From Cyclobacteriaceae bacterium (lineage in GTDB: Bacteria; Bacteroidota; Bacteroidia; Cytophagales; Cyclobacteriaceae), in contig JBKBOE010000001.1 of assembly GCA_046294915.1 (NCBI GenBank), positions 1,532 through 65,531 of the forward strand: a stretch of DNA of 64,000 nt, written 5' to 3'. Below, in pieces: positions 36,923-46,195 of the stretch. The translations under genes were made by a program, and so were the position numbers. The notes beneath the pieces were generated by a model. The model saw only the letters and a program-made list of their open reading frames with translations. It did not search any database and had not been told where the DNA came from. The first letter of the stretch is position 1. Every line of letters begins with the position of its first letter.

Positions 36923-37882
36923 ATGGATGAGAAAATCAGTCTGGAAGCTATAGCCCTGTACAGCGATGCGTTTGCAGAAAAGGTGTTAACCCGGTTCTTT
37001 GAGAAAAAGAATACGATAACCGGTAAGGAAATTCTTTCACTGTGTGAAGTACAGCAGGTTAACCTGTTTGTTGTCCGGGAGTTGTTTCGTGCATGGCGCG
37101 AAGAAACCGGTAAGCTGAAAAGTCCCTACTTTAATTACGAACATGCCGAAGTAAAGGAGGCCCTTGAAAAGTTTATGGGTGTTCTTTCACAGCATATTTC
37201 AATCGATCGTCAGCATTTTGCACCCTTGCTAAAGAAGGCAGTGAGTGCAACGCTGCTGGTTATTTTTAATCCCTATGATTATTTCTCTGTGTTGATTTCG
37301 GGGGCCAACAATAAACTGAACGTAGCGACTTTCAGGGAGGAGATCAAATACCTGAAAATCAACAAAGCCCCGCTCGATCAGTTGTTGCAGAAACTCACCG
37401 AACGCCAGGTTTCGGAGATTTCGGGCAACGAAGCCTTTGGTATTCTGGATCAGATTCTTGAGGAGGTGAATTTCACGCCTGAAGACGTGGAGCCTTTCTT
37501 CGATCAGTTCAGCAAAATTGAAAAGCTGAGTCCGGATAGATTTTACATTAAAAAGACAAGCTCCGAAAAAAAACCAGAGACTCAGCCGGAAGTAGCGAAG
37601 GAAGCGCCTAAGGGGGAGAAAAAACAAAAACCTACCCTGGCTGAAAACTTTCAGAAAATTGACAAAATAAAAGATCGCCTCACCATCAACCAGAAATTCA
37701 TGTTTACCAAAGTGTTGTTCAATGGCGATTTTGAATTGTTCAGCAGAGCGGTAGATGATATCGACCGGCAAGACAACATTGCCGGGGCGCAAAAATACCT
37801 GAGCCAGTTTGAAGATGAGTGGGATAAGGAGAGCGATGAGTATCTTGAATTTATAGAGATCGTTGAAAAACGGTTCAGCTGA
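36923..37882 (+). CDS. hypothetical protein (helical, with a Lys/Glu-rich linker)
   Basis: 319 aa ORF with coding-like composition and no assignable motif. Confidence 0.6.
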   Translation: MDEKISLEAIALYSDAFAEKVLTRFFEKKNTITGKEILSLCEVQQVNLFVVRELFRAWREETGKLKSPYFNYEHAEVKEALEKFMGVLSQHISIDRQHFAPLLKKAVSATLLVIFNPYDYFSVLISGANNKLNVATFREEIKYLKINKAPLDQLLQKLTERQVSEISGNEAFGILDQILEEVNFTPEDVEPFFDQFSKIEKLSPDRFYIKKTSSEKKPETQPEVAKEAPKGEKKQKPTLAENFQKIDKIKDRLTINQKFMFTKVLFNGDFELFSRAVDDIDRQDNIAGAQKYLSQFEDEWDKESDEYLEFIEIVEKRFS

Positions 37883-38473
37883 TCAGGAATTCCTCACCCA
37901 TTTTTCAATCACATCGGGGTAGTGCCGGTATTCCAGGGCATGCACTTTGGCGGCAATTTCTTCGGCTGTTTCTGTTCCCGTAAGGTTAGTCTTAGCTTGG
38001 AGCAAAATCTTTCCTTCATCGTAATGTTCGTTCACCAGGTGTATGGTGATGCCCGTTTCCTTTTCGCCAGCGGCCTTTACCGCTTCGTGCACGTGCATGC
38101 CATACATACCTTTGCCGCCATATTTTGGCAGCAGTGCAGGGTGGATGTTAATGATTCTTCCCCGATACTTTTTTACCAGGTAATCCGGCACCAGCCACAG
38201 AAAGCCGGCAAGTACAATGTGCGTAACTTTTTTTTCAATGAGCCAGTTTAAAACCTCTTCTGTTTCGCGAAACTGATACCGGCTGAAAACCATGGTCGGC
38301 ACATTAAACTTACGCGCCCGTTCAAGAGCATAGGCGTTTGGGTTGTTGCTCAGCAAGGCAGCAACTTCAATAGAAGGATGGTTAGCGAAGTGCGCCATAA
38401 TGGCTTCGGCATTGGTGCCGCTTCCTGAGGCGAAAATGGCTAACCGATTGATTATTGTTGCTAATGAAGTCAC
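37883..38473 (-). CDS. purN: phosphoribosylglycinamide formyltransferase
   Basis: 196 aa with LAIFASGSGTNAE, INIHPALLPKYGGKGMYG and the catalytic His/Asp context. Confidence 0.93.
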   Translation of the reverse strand: MTSLATIINRLAIFASGSGTNAEAIMAHFANHPSIEVAALLSNNPNAYALERARKFNVPTMVFSRYQFRETEEVLNWLIEKKVTHIVLAGFLWLVPDYLVKKYRGRIINIHPALLPKYGGKGMYGMHVHEAVKAAGEKETGITIHLVNEHYDEGKILLQAKTNLTGTETAEEIAAKVHALEYRHYPDVIEKWVRNS

Positions 38474-38510
38474 TTTACAATGATTAACTCAACATAAACA
38501 CAAGCGCACA

Positions 38511-39356
38511 TTAAACAATGGCCATACTTAATATGCCTAAAAGCAAGATCACTTTACAAAAGCTACTCAGCCATCCGAAGTCACGCACGGTATCGGCCCG
38601 TGCCAAACGCGAGATCAGCCAGGCCAGCGGAACAAATAAAAACATGATGAAATAAATCATTCGAAGCTGAACGTACGCGTAATTGATGAACAGTACACTC
38701 AGGGCAAACACTCCGGTTAGCGCATACAGAAAGGTTTTAGTTTTGCGAATGCCCCACACAATGGGCAATGTTTTGCATCCGTAAGTGTTATCACCTTTCA
38801 GATCTTCCATGTCTTTTATGATTTCGCGTATGAGCGTCATAAAAAATGCGAAGGTGGCATAAATGATAACCAGCTGGTTTGGCAATCTGTACAGCACGTT
38901 GATTACAGCAATGGAAATTCCTGTAAGGAATGAAACGGCCAGGTTACCCACAAAAGGCAACCGCTTAAGCAGATTGGAATAGAACCACAGTAACCCCACC
39001 GAGAAGATATTGATCGCAACTATCCACCACGATAGCAGAAAGCCTAAGGCAATGCCGGCTATGGATAAAACCGCGTGCAGAATGATGGCAAATCTGCGAT
39101 GTATGAGTTTGCCCACCACCACCCGGCCGGGCCGGTTGATGATATCTATTTTCATGTCATAGTAATCATTGATGACGTAGCCTGCCGCGGCAATAAGTGT
39201 GGTGGACAGAACCAGCAACAGCAGCCGCCAGTCAGTAAGCGTGTGGCTGCCAATGAGAAAATACGCAGTGAAGTATTGTGCCAGAGCAAGTATGGCGAGG
39301 TTCCATGCCCGTGTAAGGCGCAGAAACGATTCCACAATGGTTTTTTGGGAAGTCAT
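38511..39356 (-). CDS. UbiA-family prenyltransferase (DGGGP-synthase-like)
   Basis: Polytopic protein with the Asp-rich motifs NDYYDMKID and DMEDLKGD. The start was taken at the second Met. Confidence 0.85.
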   Translation of the reverse strand: MTSQKTIVESFLRLTRAWNLAILALAQYFTAYFLIGSHTLTDWRLLLLVLSTTLIAAAGYVINDYYDMKIDIINRPGRVVVGKLIHRRFAIILHAVLSIAGIALGFLLSWWIVAINIFSVGLLWFYSNLLKRLPFVGNLAVSFLTGISIAVINVLYRLPNQLVIIYATFAFFMTLIREIIKDMEDLKGDNTYGCKTLPIVWGIRKTKTFLYALTGVFALSVLFINYAYVQLRMIYFIMFLFVPLAWLISRLARADTVRDFGWLSSFCKVILLLGILSMAIV

Positions 39357-39428
39357 GGACGGCCCTGTAAAGGTACGCACACCACGGCTATTTCTTTAGC
39401 GCGGTAATGCATTCGGTTTTTGAAATGA

Positions 39429-41783
39429 TTAAAATTTCATCCGAAGCATAACCAGGGCGTGTCGGCCTGCCTGCGGGTAGTAATAAGGCGTTCCGTAGTA
39501 CGAATACCCATTGGCACTGTATGCCGTATTAAAAAAATTGTTGATCAGCAGATTTACCTGCATTACCCTGGCCGCCTTTAGCGGAATATCTGCCTCCAGC
39601 CGCAGATCATGAATAAAATAGGGGTCAAGTTGCAAGGTTTCGTTACCCGTGTTGTCAAGATACTGACGCCCGACATACTTGCTCAACACCGATGTTGTAA
39701 AAACCTTGTTGAGTTTCCATGAAAACTGACTGCCGGAAATTACCTGAGGCGACAGGATGATTGGCGTATTGCGGGTAACCAGATCGTTGTTACTGTTGGT
39801 GAAAGTGTAGTTGCGATTAATGTTTTGGCTGAGCGTTGCATTGATGTTGCCGGTAATGGTTTTGTTCAATTTGAATAGCATTGAAACTTCAACGCCCGTT
39901 CGGTAACTGCGGCCCACATTGGCGCGTATGGGATAGCCTGCATTGTCAAGCTCACCGGTAAGTACCAGTTGATTTTTGTAGTTCATCAGGTAGTAGTTCA
40001 TTTCAAGCGTATACGCTGGAGACCGTTTTCGCCAGCCGGCTTCCAGGTTACCCAGGCGCTCGGGTTTTGGTTTGGTGTCGCTGTCCAGGTAATCCGTTCG
40101 GTTCGGCTCGCGGTGGGCTATGGCATACGAAGCATACAGCATACTTTCATTGGCCAGCGTGTAGCTGAGACCAAATTTCGGATTAAAGAAATTAAAGGTT
40201 TCATTTACCTGATAGGCACTTTGATCATCGCGTATGCCCGATGTTTTATAGAAGACATGCCTGAACTGAATGTCCAAAAAGCCATTTAGCCGGTTTGTTA
40301 AATCGTAGTTAAGCTTAACATAGCTGTTGAAATCATTTTTCAGGGAAGAGCCGTTGTAATACCGGTGGTTAGTTGAAGGTACAGCATCGGCAAACTGTGC
40401 CCAGATTAGTTTGCCGAAATGGCGTGCATGTCCATATTGATTAAAGGCGCCTCCGATAATAAAGCTGGTGCGGCTTTTGTCGTAGGTAAACGAAAAGGTA
40501 GTTCCATAAAAATGGTTATCAAGCCACTTCTGCACCACCACATCCATGGCGTGGATAGTGGTATCGCCAACCTGATAATCCGGAAGGCCCAGGTATTTCA
40601 GTGAATCGCCCTGGTGATACTCTTCATAAAAGCCGAAACCTTTCGTGTAGTGCAGGGAGAGGTTGGCATTCCAGTACGGATTCAGTTTCTGCGCAAAATG
40701 AAGCTGGTAGTGATTCTGCGTGTAATCATCCACTTGGTTTTCATAATACCGTACAACATTGAAATTCTCATCATAAATAGCACCGGCATAATTAAAACGC
40801 CTGTTTTGCTTCAGTGTTGATTCATCCAATCCGTACCACGACTGGTAGGTAATTTCATGACCGCCAAATGTAAGCGCCTTTACAATGGTGTTCTTTCCCT
40901 GATAGCTTCCGCTTAAGTAGTATGAACCCAGGTTGGATGTCGCGCGATCAACGTAACCATCCGAAGTAATTTTTGAAGCGCGGACATCGAAAGCCCACCG
41001 ATCGCTCAGTAACCCGGTTCCAGACTGAAAGGTGTAGCGTTGGGTGTTGAATGATCCGGCTGAAACAATAGCTTCGGCATAAGGTTCCGTAGCCAGTGAA
41101 TGGGTTTGCAAGTTTACGGTGGCTCCAAAGGCACTGCCTCCGTTGGTAGATGTGCCAACCCCCCGCTGAACCTGGATACTCTGGGTAGAGGAGGCAATAT
41201 CGGGTATATCCACCCAGAAGGTGCCCTGCGATTCGCTGTCGTTATAGGGTATGCCGTTTATGGTAACATTAATGCGGGTGGCATCGGTGCCGCGGATGCG
41301 CATACCGGTGTAACCAATACCGTTTCCGGCATCAGATGTAGTAACCAGCGAGGGTGTCCAGGTAAGCAGCAGGGGTAAATCCTGCCCGAAATTCTGACGT
41401 TGTAACTCCTCCTTAGAAACGGTGATAAATGTGGTGGGCGTCTTTTCGCTGGCACGCGTAGCCTGAATGATTACCTCATCAGTAAACCGGGTGGCTTCTT
41501 CCAATTCAATAAAAAGTTCTTCCGTACCGGGTGCTACAGTAATTTGCCTGGTTTTATAACCCACAAAGCGAACTTCAAGGGTAGTGGCTACTTCTGATTG
41601 AACTATGCTGAAATAGCCATCGCGGTCAGTAACGGTGGTCAGCCTGTTATCAAGCCGGGTAACGGTTGCTCCGGCCAGAGCGATTTTGGTTTTGGCATCT
41701 TCAACTCTTCCGTGAAGTAGGTGTTGGGCATGTACACTCCCGCCTGTAAGCAGGATGCATGCAATAGCAATTTTTTTTAACAT
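39429..41783 (-). CDS. TonB-dependent receptor (thiamine-related by riboswitch linkage)
   Basis: 784 aa with a signal peptide, a CarboxypepD_reg-like N-domain, a plug, and a 22-strand barrel ending in ...LVMLRMKF. Confidence 0.9.
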   Translation of the reverse strand: MLKKIAIACILLTGGSVHAQHLLHGRVEDAKTKIALAGATVTRLDNRLTTVTDRDGYFSIVQSEVATTLEVRFVGYKTRQITVAPGTEELFIELEEATRFTDEVIIQATRASEKTPTTFITVSKEELQRQNFGQDLPLLLTWTPSLVTTSDAGNGIGYTGMRIRGTDATRINVTINGIPYNDSESQGTFWVDIPDIASSTQSIQVQRGVGTSTNGGSAFGATVNLQTHSLATEPYAEAIVSAGSFNTQRYTFQSGTGLLSDRWAFDVRASKITSDGYVDRATSNLGSYYLSGSYQGKNTIVKALTFGGHEITYQSWYGLDESTLKQNRRFNYAGAIYDENFNVVRYYENQVDDYTQNHYQLHFAQKLNPYWNANLSLHYTKGFGFYEEYHQGDSLKYLGLPDYQVGDTTIHAMDVVVQKWLDNHFYGTTFSFTYDKSRTSFIIGGAFNQYGHARHFGKLIWAQFADAVPSTNHRYYNGSSLKNDFNSYVKLNYDLTNRLNGFLDIQFRHVFYKTSGIRDDQSAYQVNETFNFFNPKFGLSYTLANESMLYASYAIAHREPNRTDYLDSDTKPKPERLGNLEAGWRKRSPAYTLEMNYYLMNYKNQLVLTGELDNAGYPIRANVGRSYRTGVEVSMLFKLNKTITGNINATLSQNINRNYTFTNSNNDLVTRNTPIILSPQVISGSQFSWKLNKVFTTSVLSKYVGRQYLDNTGNETLQLDPYFIHDLRLEADIPLKAARVMQVNLLINNFFNTAYSANGYSYYGTPYYYPQAGRHALVMLRMKF

Positions 41784-41856
41784 CGTTTTTGTGGTTTAAG
41801 CCTGCAGCGCACAGGGGAATGAACTGCTTACATTAAACCGTCCTGCATCAGGACTT

Positions 41857-41940
41857 TTGCCTCCCTTCGGCCGCATTACCGGCATCAGGTTCTGTGGGTA
41901 TAATCTCAGCCCGTTGTTTTAAGGCACCCCTTGCAGGCAA
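41857..41940 (-). promoter_or_regulatory. TPP (THI-box) riboswitch
   Basis: The minus strand reads TTGCCTGCAAGGGGTGCC..GGGCTGAGATTATACCCACAGAACCTGATGCCGGTAATGCGGCCGAAGGGAGGCAA. It has the conserved GGGGUGC, CUGAGA, ACCC, AACCUGAU and UAAUG elements and a P1 pairing TTGCC/GGCAA, followed by the hairpin GTCCTG-ATG-CAGGAC. Confidence 0.9.
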
Positions 41941-41982
41941 AGGTAATAAGAAAGTGCATTCTGATTTATGCTTTCTAAGCTC

Positions 41983-41990
41983 TATTTTTG
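41983..41990 (+). promoter_or_regulatory. putative -7 promoter box (TATTTTTG)
   Basis: Matches TAnnTTTG and lies 3 nt upstream of the ATG at 41994. Confidence 0.35.
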
Positions 41991-41993
41991 GCT

Positions 41994-42488
41994 ATGTTCA
42001 TTGCCCGGGTAAACAATAGCAGATTTACGGTAGCAACTTCCGATGAGGGGTTACTCATTAATGACCAGAAACTGGATTGGGATATTGTGCAGATAAGTGA
42101 GGGATATTTTCACATTGTGCACAACCAGCGCAGTTACCGGGCCGAAGTGGTAAAAGCCGATACGTCAGCCAAAGCAGTTACCATTAAAATCAATGGTAAG
42201 AAGTACGAGGTTATTATTAAAGACAGGTTTGATCAACTGCTGGAAAAACTTGGCATGAACAGCACCTCGGGCGGCACTGTTAACTCGGTTAAAGCACCCA
42301 TGCCGGGAAAGATTGTTGAGTTGAAAGTGGCAGCCGGAGATCAGGTAAATATGGGCGATCCGCTGCTCATTCTGGAAGCGATGAAAATGGAGAACATTCT
42401 GAAGGCATCGGGGCAGGCTACCGTTAAGTCCGTAAAGGTAAAGAGAGGTGAAAGTGTGGAAAAGGGCCAGGTACTGATTGAGTTCTGA
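41994..42488 (+). CDS. biotin/lipoyl carrier domain protein (biotin carboxyl carrier protein-like)
   Basis: The C-terminal VKAPMPGKIV...GDPLLILEAMKMENILKA carries the biotinyl-lysine motif. Confidence 0.85.
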   Translation: MFIARVNNSRFTVATSDEGLLINDQKLDWDIVQISEGYFHIVHNQRSYRAEVVKADTSAKAVTIKINGKKYEVIIKDRFDQLLEKLGMNSTSGGTVNSVKAPMPGKIVELKVAAGDQVNMGDPLLILEAMKMENILKASGQATVKSVKVKRGESVEKGQVLIEF

Positions 42489-42556
42489 AACCCGGTTGAC
42501 TGGCCTTTGATGCATGCCGCATTTCTGAATATATTGCCGGAATTTTAGTCGTCTTT

Positions 42557-43264
42557 ATGAAGTACAAGCGCATTCTGCTCAAGCTAAGCGGAGAAGCCTT
42601 GCAAGGCTCATCAAAAGAAACCCACATTGATCCGGCCATGCTTGAGCAGTATTCAGAAGAAGTTAAGCGTGTGAAAGAGAAGGGCGTTGAACTGGCCATC
42701 GTAATCGGTGGGGGGAATATTTTTCGGGGAGGCGAGGCCGACACCCTGGGTATTGACCGGGTGCAGGGCGACTACATGGGAATGCTGGCCACAGTAATCA
42801 ACGCCATGGCGCTGCAAAGCGCACTGGAACGGCACGGCTTGTACACACGCCTGATGTCGGGCATTAAAATGGAACAGGTTTGCGAGCCGTTTATCAGACG
42901 CAGGGCGATCCGTCACCTCGAAAAGGGACGGATTGTTATTTTTGGTGCGGGCATTGGCAACCCTTATTTCACAACCGACTCCACCGCAAGTTTACGGGCT
43001 ATAGAAATTCAGGCCGATGTGGTGTTGAAGGGAACTAGGGTGGATGGCGTGTATAACAAAGACCCCGAGAAATTCAGCGATGCAGCGCGGTTCAGCAAAT
43101 TGTCCTTTCAGGAGGCCTACGAAAAAAACCTGAACATCATGGATATGACCGCCTTTACCCTTTGCATGGAAAACAAATTGCCGATCATCGTTTTTGATAT
43201 GAACAAAAAAGGCAACCTGTTGAAGGTGGCCATGGGCGAAGAAGCCGGTACGCTGATCAGTTAA
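42557..43264 (+). CDS. pyrH: UMP kinase
   Basis: 235 aa with [23 protein letters not shown] and TTDSTA. Confidence 0.97.
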   Translation: MKYKRILLKLSGEALQGSSKETHIDPAMLEQYSEEVKRVKEKGVELAIVIGGGNIFRGGEADTLGIDRVQGDYMGMLATVINAMALQSALERHGLYTRLMSGIKMEQVCEPFIRRRAIRHLEKGRIVIFGAGIGNPYFTTDSTASLRAIEIQADVVLKGTRVDGVYNKDPEKFSDAARFSKLSFQEAYEKNLNIMDMTAFTLCMENKLPIIVFDMNKKGNLLKVAMGEEAGTLIS

Positions 43265-43336
43265 TTTCTTTTTTGGATACGATTTCAAATATGTAATTTG
43301 AGTATCGTTTTCCGGAGACCAAAAAAATCTGAGTTT

Positions 43337-43891
43337 ATGGAAGAGATCGAACTATATCTTGAAGATGCCAAGGAACACATGATGAAAACGCTGAACCATG
43401 TTGGGCACGAACTAACCAAAATCCGTGCAGGCAAAGCCAATCCGGCAATGCTTGATGGCGTTCAGGTTTCGTACTATGGCGCTATGACCCCGCTTAACCA
43501 GGTTTCATCCATGACCACCCCCGATGCCCGCACCATTTTTATAAAGCCATGGGAAAAAGGCCTGATCCCTGAAGTTGAAAAAGCCATACGCGATGCCAAC
43601 CTGGGGCTTAATCCGCAGAATGACGGACAGCAGGTTATCGTTAATATCCCCATGCTAACCGAAGAGAGACGCAAGCAACTGGTGAAACAGGTTGGTCATG
43701 AATGTGAACAGGGCCGCATCAGTATTCGCAACATCCGCAAAGAAACCAACGAGCACCTGAAGAAAATCAAAGGTGCTTCAGAGGATGACATTAAAGATGC
43801 AGAAGCAACTGTTCAGAAATTTACCGATGAGTTTATTGCCAAGATTGATGCGCTGATGAAGAAAAAAGAAAGTGAAATCCTAACCGTTTAA
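43337..43891 (+). CDS. frr: ribosome recycling factor
   Basis: About 184 aa with KIRAGKANPAMLDGVQVSYYG...LTEERRKQLVK. The start was taken at an internal Met. Confidence 0.95.
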   Translation: MEEIELYLEDAKEHMMKTLNHVGHELTKIRAGKANPAMLDGVQVSYYGAMTPLNQVSSMTTPDARTIFIKPWEKGLIPEVEKAIRDANLGLNPQNDGQQVIVNIPMLTEERRKQLVKQVGHECEQGRISIRNIRKETNEHLKKIKGASEDDIKDAEATVQKFTDEFIAKIDALMKKKESEILTV

Positions 43892-43940
43892 CGTACACAT
43901 GGAAGACCAGGGCTTTGTGACGCGTGCAAAAACAGCAACC

Positions 43941-44324
43941 ATGAAGTTTCTCAAGCGGTTGCTCCTTATTGTGCTGGGTATTGGCGTAGCGGTGATGCTG
44001 TTTATGTACTTCGGTGTGTTTGAACGCGGGGTGATGGCCGGCAAAGTTCTGCGCATTACTGAAAAAGGTGTGATCTTTAAGACACATGAGGGGCAACTTA
44101 GCCGCGAGGCTTTTGGTTCGCTGAAAGGAGCCAGCCCGTTAGCCGAGACGTACGATTTTTCAGTAGAAGCCAGTGAAACCGAAGTGCTGAAGGAACTGCA
44201 GGCTGTAGCGTTAAGCGGTGAACGCGTAAACCTTCACTTTGTAAAGCGCTACATGAAATTTCCCTGGCGTGGCGAAACGAAAGTTTTTGTAACCCGGGTT
44301 GAACGTGGTGCCCCTCAGCCATGA
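43941..44324 (+). CDS. hypothetical membrane-anchored protein
   Basis: MKFLKRLLLIVLGIGVAVMLFMYF is an N-terminal TM segment. An alternative start lies at 43899. Confidence 0.5.
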   Translation: MKFLKRLLLIVLGIGVAVMLFMYFGVFERGVMAGKVLRITEKGVIFKTHEGQLSREAFGSLKGASPLAETYDFSVEASETEVLKELQAVALSGERVNLHFVKRYMKFPWRGETKVFVTRVERGAPQP

Positions 44325-44839
44325 GGCGGTTATTGCCTGTATTTTTTTTCTTCCTGTTCACCCTGGCCGAAGCGCAACACGCAGTTCATTACCCAAAAGG
44401 ATCATCCCTTATCAAGGTGTTTCTCCGAAATGGTGAGCAATACACCGGCATTCTGATCAATGCCGACACAGCGGGGTTAACCGTTGCCAGCCTGAATAAC
44501 ATGGACGAAACCAGCCGGTTTGCGCCACAGGCAATGCATCGTTTTGAAATCCGGAAAGTGAATAAGGTAAAACGCAACGCAGCCATTGGTGCAGGCATTG
44601 GTTTTTTAACGGGGTTTGTTATCGGCTGGGAGGAGTATGATACCCCCGGAGGCACTGATGTTAACCAGGTTGGGCGTGCAGCCGGAAGCGGTTTTCTTGG
44701 CGCTTTCGCAGGAGGTTTCATCGGGTTTATTACCGGTATGACACCCAAAACATTTTATGTGCTGGGCAATTATGACCAATACCAAAAAATTCTGCCTGAA
44801 CTAGCAACGTATAAAATACCTGTGCCTCATGAAAACTGA
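44321..44839 (+). CDS. small secreted protein with glycine-zipper segments
   Basis: 172 aa with a signal peptide, plus AAIGAGIGFLTGFVIGW and GSGFLGAFAGGFIGFITG. It overlaps the upstream gene by 4 nt. Confidence 0.5.
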   Translation: MRRLLPVFFFFLFTLAEAQHAVHYPKGSSLIKVFLRNGEQYTGILINADTAGLTVASLNNMDETSRFAPQAMHRFEIRKVNKVKRNAAIGAGIGFLTGFVIGWEEYDTPGGTDVNQVGRAAGSGFLGAFAGGFIGFITGMTPKTFYVLGNYDQYQKILPELATYKIPVPHEN

Positions 44840-45893
44840 TACAATTATTGTTTACGGATCGTACGGCTACACCGGCAGCCTGATTGTAAAAGAATGCCAC
44901 AGGTTAGGATTAAAGGTATTACTGGCCGGCCGTGACAGCCGGAAACTGGCACAGCAAAGTTTGGAATCGGGGTACCCGTTTGAAATGGTTGATTTGGCAA
45001 ACATGCAGGCACTAACTGCCTTGCTCGAAAAGGGAACACTCGTTATCCACTGCGCAGGCCCCTTTCAGTTCACCGCCCGGCAGATGATTGCCGCCTGTTT
45101 GAACACCCATACACATTACACCGATATAACCGGAGAGTTTCAGGTATTTGAAATGCTGGCCTCGTTTGATGAAGCCGGTAAGCAAGCAGGCATTATGATT
45201 ATGCCCGGTACCGGCTTTGATGTGGTTCCTTCCGATTGTCTGGCACTTCACCTAAAAGAGCAACTTCCTACGGCCACTCATCTTCAGCTTGCCTTTGCTT
45301 CATCGGGCGGGTTTTCCAGAGGCACTTCCAAAACCATGATTGAAGGACTTGGGTATGGGGGCACCATCCGCAAAGACGGGGTGTTAACACACATCAAAAC
45401 GGCTGCGAGAATTTTAAATATTGATTTTGGGCATTTCAGATCGAAAGCCGTGTGCATTCCGTGGGGCGATATTGCCACCGCTTATCGCAGCACAGGTATT
45501 CCATCCATTGAAGTGTATGCCGGTGTAAACGAAAGGACGGTCCGTTTTTTAAAAGCGAGCAACCTGATAAACCCCTTGTTGCGCACCCGTTGGATAAAAA
45601 ATTTTTTACGCAGCCGGGTAGAAAAGCAACAGGCCGGGCCTTCTGCCGAAAAACTGGCATCAGCACGAAGTTACCTGTGGGGCAGGGTATGGGACGATCG
45701 GAATAACGAAGTGCAGGCGCGGCTTGAAACACTCAACGGGTATGCGCTAACGGCCAAAGCAAGTGTTCACATTGCCCGAAAAATCCTTGAGGGTAATGTT
45801 AAACCCGGGTATGCTACACCGGCAATGATGTACGGTTCAGGGCTTATTCTTGAACTGGAGGGTACCCGGGGTTTTACTGATGCAGAGGGCTAA
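44829..45893 (+). CDS. saccharopine dehydrogenase NADP-binding domain family oxidoreductase
   Basis: 354 aa with IIVYGSYGYTGSLIVKE (Rossmann) and an SCCPDH-like layout. Confidence 0.75.
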   Translation: MKTDTIIVYGSYGYTGSLIVKECHRLGLKVLLAGRDSRKLAQQSLESGYPFEMVDLANMQALTALLEKGTLVIHCAGPFQFTARQMIAACLNTHTHYTDITGEFQVFEMLASFDEAGKQAGIMIMPGTGFDVVPSDCLALHLKEQLPTATHLQLAFASSGGFSRGTSKTMIEGLGYGGTIRKDGVLTHIKTAARILNIDFGHFRSKAVCIPWGDIATAYRSTGIPSIEVYAGVNERTVRFLKASNLINPLLRTRWIKNFLRSRVEKQQAGPSAEKLASARSYLWGRVWDDRNNEVQARLETLNGYALTAKASVHIARKILEGNVKPGYATPAMMYGSGLILELEGTRGFTDAEG

Positions 45894-46195
45894 ATATGGT
45901 AAACCCATTCCTTGTACTGCCCGTCCTGCGGGTTGAAGTCATCGCGTTTGAAGAAGGGGTTATCCAGCAGTTCGGCTTCGGCTATTTCATTGAGTTGTAA
46001 ATTGCGGTAACCTGCGGTAGCACCTGCTTTGGTAAAGCCCCGTTCCTGCCAGCAGACCAGCACAACCTGGTTTCGGCTGGTGCGGCAAATGCCATACGGA
46101 TGTACAATGCGGGGCAGGGGTTCATGTACCATTTGTATGCGGCAGGTGCGCTTTTCTTCTGAAGCCTGCCAGAGCAATTCGGTGATTTCATCCAT
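45890..46195 (-). CDS. hypothetical 101-aa protein, possibly WYL-like
   Basis: The start overlaps the selD stop region by 8 nt. The pattern RIVHPYGIC....VVLVCWQ..G......YRNLQLNEI loosely resembles a WYL domain. Confidence 0.5.
   Translation of the reverse strand: MDEITELLWQASEEKRTCRIQMVHEPLPRIVHPYGICRTSRNQVVLVCWQERGFTKAGATAGYRNLQLNEIAEAELLDNPFFKRDDFNPQDGQYKEWVYHI

Noticed and set aside
37229-37792. 187-aa minus-strand ORF.
   Set aside because: It is antisense to the 319-aa hypothetical gene. That sense ORF fills the purN-tdk gap exactly and has a TAnnTTTG box upstream.
41938-41945. A TACCTTTG -7 box on the minus strand as the promoter of the TPP riboswitch.
   Set aside because: The box overlaps the 5' strand of the riboswitch P1 helix (TTGCC). 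A transcript starting just downstream would lack P1, so the real promoter is probably further upstream or P1 is shorter than drawn. I left it unannotated.
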